A stretch of DNA of 64,000 bases, taken from IMG/VR virus record IMGVR_UViG_3300042399_002267; one strand, given 5' to 3'. Numbering within the stretch: the first letter of the stretch is position 1; every line of letters starts with the position of its first letter. This document shows positions 57,327-64,000 of this stretch, one piece after another. Position numbers and translations under genes: made by a program. Under the pieces are notes generated by a model that saw only the letters and a list, made by a program, of their open reading frames with translations, had not been told where the DNA came from and ran no database searches. The stretch comes from a virus.

Positions 57327-58141
57327 ATTATTTTTTCTTCCCAAAATTTAACAAATTTATGCACTGTATCTAAAGCATTTTCTTCTAATTGTTTCAAATG
57401 TGGTTTGACCAAATGTCGTGTATCAATTGCATGTTGAATATCTTCATACCCATACGCCACACCGTACTTGAGAAATTTACGATCATTTATCCATTTTTCT
57501 TTAGAAACACCCCCGTCTGGAATAACTACAGATACACATCCACATAATGCAGCTTGAGCTGCTATAAAAGAACATGAATCAAAACAAATAAAATTTTCAG
57601 ATTTATTCATCAAATTTTTAATTATTGTTTCATTTTGCTCTTCTTCTATCTCATCATATACTAATATATTTCTTAATCCATCATGATATGAAGGGTGATA
57701 TTTTCTGTGTCCTTTTCTCACCGCTACCATATTATAAGATCTATCTTGATTTTCATTTGTCCAAAAGTCAAGATTAAAATCATGAATTGTCAAAATACCA
57801 TCACATTTATCGCCTTTTGTTAAATAAGATTCAAAATATTTAAATATGTAATCATCTTCGCCATAATTTGCAGTGATGTCTTGATTAAAAAGAATCCATC
57901 TAACTACATGTTTAGCATCCAATAGATTTTTATCTATACATTCAGGATATATTACTACAGTGTTGTCCTTATCAAAACTTAATTCCGGGTCATGATACGG
58001 AGTATTTAAATTTGGATTTGTTTTCTTCGTTGTAATATAAGCTTCTTGACCAATTTCATTTAAGTAATGACAAAGATTATGCAAAACTCTTACACCACCA
58101 ACATGCTTACTCCAACCCCATGTCCAAATAATAAATTTCAT
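57323..58141 (-). CDS. WavQ-like putative glycosyltransferase, copy A (272 aa)
   Basis: MKFIIWTW.W.KHVGGVRVLH.LC.YLN...VVIYPECI...AKHVVRW...AALCGC.SV; paralog of 55395..56219. Confidence 0.5.
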   Translation of the reverse strand: MKFIIWTWGWSKHVGGVRVLHNLCHYLNEIGQEAYITTKKTNPNLNTPYHDPELSFDKDNTVVIYPECIDKNLLDAKHVVRWILFNQDITANYGEDDYIFKYFESYLTKGDKCDGILTIHDFNLDFWTNENQDRSYNMVAVRKGHRKYHPSYHDGLRNILVYDEIEEEQNETIIKNLMNKSENFICFDSCSFIAAQAALCGCVSVVIPDGGVSKEKWINDRKFLKYGVAYGYEDIQHAIDTRHLVKPHLKQLEENALDTVHKFVKFWEEKII

Positions 58142-58143
58142 TT
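58118..58143. repeat. 26-nt exact repeat, copy 2 (5' end of WavQ-like copy A)
   Basis: Identical to 56196..56221. Confidence 0.9.
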
Positions 58144-58678
58144 ATTTTTCCTTAGCAAAGTCTGCAAATTCAACCAGAATAGTATTTACACCATCTTCTC
58201 TTAATAAAGCTTTTTCGTATGCTGGTAAAATTTGCTCAGGCTTATATAACTCAATAACTTCAATATTTTTAGTCATTGATCTGAATGCATCAGAAAAATT
58301 ACCTTTGTGTTGAGATTGTGGATCAACAGGTCTTTCACTTCCCACAGCAACTCTTATTATGACTTTTGGAGATAATTTTCCATCTGACATTTCAATAAAT
58401 TTATCCAAATGATTTACTATTTGATCTACTCCCATTAGAAGAAAATTCCATCTTGGAAAAATAGAAACTGGTATCATTCCAGCTATAGCCATTCCATTAG
58501 CTAAACCAGATTGGAAATATTCAGCAACAGGCAACTCTATTCTTTTTTCTTCAGGAATGTGCTTTAAGGAATCATACAACCCTGTTCCTTCATACAATAC
58601 TGCTTGCCCTAAAAAAACAGTTTTTGGATTGTCTGATAATAAGCTCATTGCTTTCTGCAATTCTTCAAAATATGACAT
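58142..58678 (-). CDS. 2-oxoacid/acetoin dehydrogenase E1-beta-like ThDP subunit, PYR domain only (178 aa)
   Basis: FLGQAV...IELPVAE...GLANGMAIAG...NFLLMGVDQIVNH...IIRVAVG...PQSQH. Confidence 0.8.
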   Translation of the reverse strand: MSYFEELQKAMSLLSDNPKTVFLGQAVLYEGTGLYDSLKHIPEEKRIELPVAEYFQSGLANGMAIAGMIPVSIFPRWNFLLMGVDQIVNHLDKFIEMSDGKLSPKVIIRVAVGSERPVDPQSQHKGNFSDAFRSMTKNIEVIELYKPEQILPAYEKALLREDGVNTILVEFADFAKEK

Positions 58679-59304
58679 TAAAATTGCACTCTCATACCTG
58701 CTCCAGCATGTGGGTATTTTGTATTATTGTATTGATAATAAATAAGATTTTTTTGTCTTAAAATTCCACCATTGTATTCACTTTGAAGATAATAGGGAGT
58801 TGATCTTCCCCAAATCTTATCAGTTGGAGAACAGACTGATTTTTTGTTATCTTCTACTATAAAAGTTATTGGTAAGTTATGATTCAAACTGTATTTGTAT
58901 GCTTCGTGAAAAGCTCCAGTTTCTGCTGTCATATCTCCCACCCAACACCAGACATGTTGTGCATTTCCAAGAAGTTTGTTTGCAAATGCTATTCCTGTTG
59001 CAATTGAAGGTATACCACCTACTATTGAACTGCAAATAAATTTATATTCTGGAAGAGTCAAAACCATAGATTTACCATTAATAATATTATCTTTTAAAAT
59101 ATCTGATGGTATACCCTTAAGTAATGCTTGATAATGATTTCTCCAAGTGCAACATACCCAATCATTTTCTTTATCTATTTTTTTAAATATTTCAATCATT
59201 AAATCTTCATTTCCGTAATACAAATGAATTGGTGACTTAATTTTTTTATTATTAAAAAGATCAGCTATTTCAGACTCAAATTCAATTAATTCGTCTTTTA
59301 CCAT
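58678..59304 (-). CDS. 2-oxoacid/acetoin dehydrogenase E1-alpha-like ThDP subunit (208 aa)
   Basis: PIHLYYGNE, TWRNH, SSIVGG.P.IATG.A, VGDMTAETG.FHEA...P..F.VEDN. Confidence 0.8.
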   Translation of the reverse strand: MVKDELIEFESEIADLFNNKKIKSPIHLYYGNEDLMIEIFKKIDKENDWVCCTWRNHYQALLKGIPSDILKDNIINGKSMVLTLPEYKFICSSIVGGIPSIATGIAFANKLLGNAQHVWCWVGDMTAETGAFHEAYKYSLNHNLPITFIVEDNKKSVCSPTDKIWGRSTPYYLQSEYNGGILRQKNLIYYQYNNTKYPHAGAGMRVQF

Positions 59305-60254
59305 ATAAATTTACCTTTGTAATATTTAGCTATTTCTGCTATTTCATTTTCAAAAATAGCTTCTTCTTTCCAACCTAAAGACCTCAATTTCGAATCGTCT
59401 AATGAATATCTAAAATCTTGACCTGGTCTTTGGTAACTAAAGTCATAAAAATGATCTTTGTTTTGTGTATTGGGAAAATAAATATCTACAATTTTGTTAC
59501 ACACTTCAATATTTGTAAGCTCAAATTGACTTGAGACATTGAATATTTCATTTTTTGAGTCTGATTTAATAATTTTAATTACAGCATTCGCTGTGTCTTT
59601 TGCATGTAACCATGTTCTATGAGATAATCCCTTATTGTGCAAAGGCAATTTTTTTCCAAGCTGTAAAAATTTACAACATTTTGGAATTAGTTTCTCAACA
59701 TATTGACCCAAACCATAGTTGTTTGTTGGTCTAAGAATGACATAAGGAATATTGTATGTTCTAGCCCATGCAAGAATTAACATATCAGCACTAGCTTTTG
59801 TAGCTGAATATGGATTAGAAGGCATTAATAAATGATCTTCTGAATGTGATCCACTTTCAATATCACCATAAACTTCATCTGTGCTGAAATGAAAGAATGT
59901 AGGTAGTTTATTAGTATCAATATTTGATCTTCTGATTAGATTTAAGATATTAGATACTCCTAGAATGTTTGTTGATAAAAACTCATCATTTCTTGCAATT
60001 GAATTTCCAACATGTGTTTCAGCAGCAGTGTTAATAAAATAATCACAATCAAACATCCTATCAAGATCACAAATATCTGTTTTTTCAAATCTAAAATTTT
60101 CATATAAATTGAATTTTTCTAAATTTGAAATATTTGCTGCATATGTGCATTTATCTAATCCAAATACATACCATCCATTGTCTAAACAGGCTTGAGTTAC
60201 ATATGCACCAATAAAACCTAAACATCCTGTGACATAAACAACTTTTTTACTCAT
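59298..60254 (-). CDS. rfbB: NDP-glucose 4,6-dehydratase (dTDP-glucose 4,6-dehydratase-like, 318 aa)
   Basis: VTGCLGFIG, AAETHV..SI, STDEVYG, NPYSATKA, RPTNNYG..Q..EKLIP, RPGQDFRYSLD. Confidence 0.85.
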   Translation of the reverse strand: MSKKVVYVTGCLGFIGAYVTQACLDNGWYVFGLDKCTYAANISNLEKFNLYENFRFEKTDICDLDRMFDCDYFINTAAETHVGNSIARNDEFLSTNILGVSNILNLIRRSNIDTNKLPTFFHFSTDEVYGDIESGSHSEDHLLMPSNPYSATKASADMLILAWARTYNIPYVILRPTNNYGLGQYVEKLIPKCCKFLQLGKKLPLHNKGLSHRTWLHAKDTANAVIKIIKSDSKNEIFNVSSQFELTNIEVCNKIVDIYFPNTQNKDHFYDFSYQRPGQDFRYSLDDSKLRSLGWKEEAIFENEIAEIAKYYKGKFIW

Positions 60255-61575
60255 GGTAATTCCTCATAAAACTATCAACCATTTCTTTGATATAAGATAT
60301 CTGTTCTTCAGTAATTACTGGAGAAGTACCTAAAAAGAATGTGTTGGTGGTAATAAAATTAGCCATTGGGAAATCTTTTAATTGAAGATCCCCAATTAAA
60401 TGAGAATACGCAGGCTGCACCAAGATATTCCCAGCAAAATATGGTCTTGTTTGTATTTTTTTTGACTCTAAGTATTGACACATATCACTTCGCTTAAATG
60501 GAGAGTTTTCTCTAATAGTCAATGGAAATGCAAACCAATTTACATCTGCTTTTAATTGTGGTCTAGGTAAATGAAAATATTCTTCGTATGGACTAAATAT
60601 ATCAAATAAAAGTTGATAGTTTCTTTTTCGTAATCTTGAAATTTCATCAAATTTATCAAGTTGAGCCAAGAGCATAGATGCCTGTACTTCAATAGGCTTA
60701 AGATTATAGCCTACTTCTTCATATACATATTTGTGGTCAAAAACTTCACCAGGTATACTCGGTAGCCATTCTGAAAATCTAGTACCACATGCTCCGCATT
60801 CAGTAATGTTTTGTTTACCAATACAAAAACATCCTCGACCCCAATCTCTAATTGAACGAATCACTTTTTCCACTTGCTCGTTGTTACAAGTTATTAATCC
60901 GCCTTCTCCACAAGTAATATGATGAGCAGGATAAAAAGAGCAAGAAGACATAAGACCGAAACTACCCAAAGGGTTACCGTCGAATGTGGACCCCAATGCA
61001 TCACAGCAATCCTCTAATAAAATTAAATCATGTTCTCTGACTAGACTCATCAATTTATCTATGTCTGGCGGATTACCAAGCACATGTGCAAAAGTGATTA
61101 TTTGTATGTCAGGATCTTTTTCTAAAGCTTCTTGCACAGATTTTAAATCTAAATTTAGACCGTCAATCTCGATGTCAACAAAAACAGGAGTAAATCCACA
61201 TTGAAAAATTGGATTTATAGTGGTTGGAAATCCAGCAATTGGAGTTAATACTTTTGTACCAGCTGGAAAATTTGTAAGTCTTTTTGACTTGAGTGCAGAC
61301 ATCATAAGAAGATTGCTGCTACTACCAGAATTAGTTAAGAGAGCATATTTTTTTTGAAACATGCTGGCTAGTTTTTTCTCAGCTTTGTGTGCTTCTGCTC
61401 CTAAAACTAGCCAGCCATCAAGCAAAGTAGATATAGATCTTAAAATTTCATCTTGATTGAAAAAAGGACCAGCATAATGGACATGATCCTTACCTGGTCG
61501 CCATTTTTTAGCTGGCTCTGAAATTATATAATCTTCTATTACTTTTAATAAATCTTGCTTTTCCATTAAATGCAT
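60247..61575 (-). CDS. rfbH: RfbH/DdhC-type NDP-4-keto-6-deoxyglucose 3-dehydrase (PMP, [2Fe-2S])
   Basis: NSGSSSNL, AHVLGNP, EDCCDALGS, SFYPAHHITCGEGG (His in place of the Schiff-base Lys), WGRGCFC...CGTRF, DHKYVY...GYNLK; alternative start 61566. Confidence 0.9.
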   Translation of the reverse strand: MHLMEKQDLLKVIEDYIISEPAKKWRPGKDHVHYAGPFFNQDEILRSISTLLDGWLVLGAEAHKAEKKLASMFQKKYALLTNSGSSSNLLMMSALKSKRLTNFPAGTKVLTPIAGFPTTINPIFQCGFTPVFVDIEIDGLNLDLKSVQEALEKDPDIQIITFAHVLGNPPDIDKLMSLVREHDLILLEDCCDALGSTFDGNPLGSFGLMSSCSFYPAHHITCGEGGLITCNNEQVEKVIRSIRDWGRGCFCIGKQNITECGACGTRFSEWLPSIPGEVFDHKYVYEEVGYNLKPIEVQASMLLAQLDKFDEISRLRKRNYQLLFDIFSPYEEYFHLPRPQLKADVNWFAFPLTIRENSPFKRSDMCQYLESKKIQTRPYFAGNILVQPAYSHLIGDLQLKDFPMANFITTNTFFLGTSPVITEEQISYIKEMVDSFMRNYHE

Positions 61576-61592
61576 TATACATTCAATGCATT

Positions 61593-62324
61593 TTATCTGT
61601 CAATAAGATCAGAAAGATCCTCAGACAATAATAGATTTTTCTTATAAATTTCCATCTGTTCATCATATTTGATGAAGTGCTGTTTTCCAAAACCATGAGC
61701 AATATCTGATCTAGAAACTTTTGAGGCTATTTGTAGCTTGCGCTTAATTAGTTCATGTGTCATTGGGGAAAATCCATACCATAAGATATCAAATTCTTCA
61801 TTATCGTGATTATGAAGATGCCTTCCTTGAGCAAAAGGTGCAAAATAATTACTAAATCCTCTACACCATCGATAACATTTATCCCAAACACCTTCCTCAT
61901 ATCTAATTCCAAATCGTTTAATGTCAGTAAGTTGATCATCGTGCGAAAGTTTTTGGTCTAAATCTTGAACATCATCTACCATAATATTGGATCTCAAACT
62001 TAACATAGTTTTTGGACCATAGTTGTCAAGTTTGGTAAAATCACCAACTATAAACTCTGTTGTGTTTAAAGTTATGCGCCAACCTTCTTCAATCAACATG
62101 TATGAAATTTTATTATTCTCTTGTTCCAGCATTATAGAATCAAATTCTCTTAATCCAGTTTTGACAATTGTCCAATTTGGAGCATAATGTCTAATTATAT
62201 CTATAGAATTGTCTGTTGAATTATGATCTATTAAAATTCCATGATCAAAATATTTTTGATGATGCTTAATCCACCAAGGCAATAAATATTCTTCATTGTA
62301 AAAATGGGTCATTACTGTTTTCAT
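61593..62324 (-). CDS. Glycosyltransferase family 2-like protein (243 aa)
   Basis: THFYNEEYLLPWWIKHH...ILIDHNSTDNS; GRH. Confidence 0.7.
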   Translation of the reverse strand: MKTVMTHFYNEEYLLPWWIKHHQKYFDHGILIDHNSTDNSIDIIRHYAPNWTIVKTGLREFDSIMLEQENNKISYMLIEEGWRITLNTTEFIVGDFTKLDNYGPKTMLSLRSNIMVDDVQDLDQKLSHDDQLTDIKRFGIRYEEGVWDKCYRWCRGFSNYFAPFAQGRHLHNHDNEEFDILWYGFSPMTHELIKRKLQIASKVSRSDIAHGFGKQHFIKYDEQMEIYKKNLLLSEDLSDLIDR

Positions 62325-63535
62325 TTTTCTACCTTATATTCTGGAAAATATTTAACAAATACATCATTACTAATGTCTCTAGATTTGCAAATTCTTTCCC
62401 TTATTTCATCATAAAAATTCCAAGCCAGTGGGACAAAACATATCTTTTCAATATTATTTTGAAGAAGTGCAATAGAGCAGATTTCAATGTCTTGTCCAGG
62501 AGTAAGATATCCCCATTTCATTTCATTATCATCAATAATATAATCTAACTTATATTCTATATAATTAAGTAAAGTATTACCCTTAGCAGCTGCCCCATAA
62601 CCAACTAATAAATATCCAGCATCACGAAACTCTTGTAAGCCTTGCAATAATTTGGATTTTGTTTCCGAAGCTTTGTTTGCAAATGAAAAATATTTTTCAA
62701 CTGTGTAAGTATTGTTATATGACTCAATACCCATCAATTCATCAAGTTCTTTTTCATCACAAGATTCATTTTGTAAAGAAAATAAGAAAGATTTGCTGTG
62801 TATGTCAGTTTTGACAATACTAGATACATACATCTCATGGTTTCTGGCTAATTTCTTTATTGAACTACCAGTAAAATAAGATGAGTGCTCATGATAAATA
62901 ACATCAAATTCATTATTCAAAAACATATCGCATTGAGACGTTTGAATAAATATTTTACCGCCTGGTGCTAAAACATTTTTACATGCCCTGATAAATTCAT
63001 TAGGATCTGGAACATGAGGTAAAACATGGAAAGCTAATATTAAATCAAATAGTTTTTCTTTTTGTTTTAACGTATTAGAAAATCTCATACCCCAAAAATC
63101 AACAAACACATTTAGATTTCTTTTTGCTGCTAGTTCATGAATATTTTTGGCAGGATCTACACCTACACACTCAAATCCATCTTTTTGAAAAATTTCAAGA
63201 AAAAGACCAGAATTACAGGCAATTTCTAAAACTCTGCCTGTCTTGAAACCAGATTCATTTACAATATAGTCTTTTGCCCATATGAAATAATCTGTTAATG
63301 TTTTCGTAGTATCGGAAATATACAAATAATGCTCAAACATTTCTGATGGCTCTACAGAAACAGATAACTGTGAATGCCAACAATTTAGGCATACTCTCAT
63401 TCTCAACGGAAATTTCTTTAGCTGTTCCCCGTGATGGTAAGAATTAGCAAGCGGTTGATCATTGAGGTCAAGATATTCAATTTCTACTGGCTCTTGACAA
63501 ACTAAACAATATTTATTCTCTGTATATCCTGACAT
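62321..63535 (-). CDS. SAM-dependent NDP-hexose C-methyltransferase (TcaB9/MtmC/NovU-like C3-methyltransferase family)
   Basis: Zn site CLVC...CLNC, LEIACNSG, HVLPHVPDP, FDVIYHEHSSYF, GYGAAAKGNTLLNY, LAWNF; likely start 63535 (TAATG overlap) rather than 63559. Confidence 0.85.
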   Translation of the reverse strand: MSGYTENKYCLVCQEPVEIEYLDLNDQPLANSYHHGEQLKKFPLRMRVCLNCWHSQLSVSVEPSEMFEHYLYISDTTKTLTDYFIWAKDYIVNESGFKTGRVLEIACNSGLFLEIFQKDGFECVGVDPAKNIHELAAKRNLNVFVDFWGMRFSNTLKQKEKLFDLILAFHVLPHVPDPNEFIRACKNVLAPGGKIFIQTSQCDMFLNNEFDVIYHEHSSYFTGSSIKKLARNHEMYVSSIVKTDIHSKSFLFSLQNESCDEKELDELMGIESYNNTYTVEKYFSFANKASETKSKLLQGLQEFRDAGYLLVGYGAAAKGNTLLNYIEYKLDYIIDDNEMKWGYLTPGQDIEICSIALLQNNIEKICFVPLAWNFYDEIRERICKSRDISNDVFVKYFPEYKVEK

Positions 63536-64000
63536 TAAAAATTTTCTCTCTTTGCCCATTTATTATTTGTAGGGTTTACTAATAATGATTTCACAATATT
63601 TTCAATACCATCTTCAAACTTAAAATTAAATGTTTCAATAAATTTGTTAGATGATATTTTAAAATCATATGTAAAAGTTTTGCCTTTATCAACAAATTCG
63701 GAATCAGTGAGCTCCGCAACTTTTTTACCAATATTTGTAACATTTTCATTAAATGACGCTAAGTTGTATATGCCTCTTTTATCTTCGTCAGAACATACAA
63801 TAGCTTCAACCCCACGACATAAATCATTTATAGACAATATAGGTCTGTATACTTGACCATTAAAAACATTTACTTGATTTGTTTTCATTGCAGAAAATGT
63901 CATAGAATTAATCATCAAATCAAGTCTTGTATTTGGAGACCATCCATTCACACTACCAAACCTTAATCCATAAAATTCAATATCACTCAATGCTGCAAAA
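63535..64000 (-). CDS. NAD-dependent epimerase/dehydratase (SDR), 5'-truncated by the window edge
   Basis: GLRFGSVNGWSP..RLDLMIN.M...RPILSI.DL; the frame stays open to the window end (FAA precedes the listed TTG). Confidence 0.8.
   Translation of the reverse strand, partial: FAALSDIEFYGLRFGSVNGWSPNTRLDLMINSMTFSAMKTNQVNVFNGQVYRPILSINDLCRGVEAIVCSDEDKRGIYNLASFNENVTNIGKKVAELTDSEFVDKGKTFTYDFKISSNKFIETFNFKFEDGIENIVKSLLVNPTNNKWAKRENF

Noticed and set aside
58142-59304. Calling the E1-alpha/beta-like pair a pyruvate dehydrogenase auxiliary metabolic gene
   Set aside because: The subunits are truncated, no E2/E3 genes are present, and they are embedded in an NDP-sugar operon, so sugar branching is the more parsimonious role.
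5390-63856. Numerous short (60-140 aa) ORFs antisense to or nested within long genes, e.g. 7717..8046, 22212..22544, 41189..41578, 47140..47559
   Set aside because: They lie wholly within long, motif-bearing ORFs, have no recognisable domains, and are expected shadow frames.
1-64000. Alternative genetic code (stop-codon reassignment), as seen in some large phages
   Set aside because: Code 11 gives near-complete coding density, and all three stops end real genes (TAG at 1813 and 18865, TGA at 13998 and 57323, TAA at 14943).
1-64000. CRISPR array, tRNA/rRNA genes, transposase/integrase or diversity-generating retroelement
   Set aside because: No regularly spaced repeats, cloverleaf-like intergenic stretches, recombinase/transposase motifs, reverse transcriptase or TR/VR pair were seen. 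Intergenic gaps are at most ~95 nt. This was checked by eye only.

Overview
This 64 kb, very AT-rich window is best read as the virion morphogenesis region of a large (jumbo-type) tailed phage. That assignment is inferred from head-tail connector, tail-terminator, tail-tube and baseplate-like proteins; no capsid, portal, terminase or sheath gene is recognisable here. Standard code 11 applies, since TAA, TAG and TGA all terminate long ORFs. There are three blocks. (1) A ~30 kb minus-strand operon (29713 to <1) of very large Ser/Thr-rich baseplate, tail-tip and fibre-like proteins built from a shared, shuffled and nested domain kit. (2) A plus-strand block (29779-52764) with neck, connector and terminator genes, two tail-tube-fold genes each followed by a chaperone-like ORF, and an inserted AT-rich island of glycosyltransferases and an Rnl1-like RNA ligase with a Cys-rich insert. 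(3) A minus-strand nucleotide-sugar cluster (52750 to >64000) encoding an RfbH/DdhC 3-dehydrase, an NDP-hexose C-methyltransferase, a 4,6-dehydratase, epimerases, a HAD-nucleotidyltransferase, and two different minimal ThDP-dependent enzyme pairs, each followed by one copy of a duplicated putative transferase. The best candidate for an undescribed system is a phage-encoded pathway for branched-chain deoxysugars, plausibly used to glycosylate the virion. All domain calls are by eye from motifs; no database searches were run.
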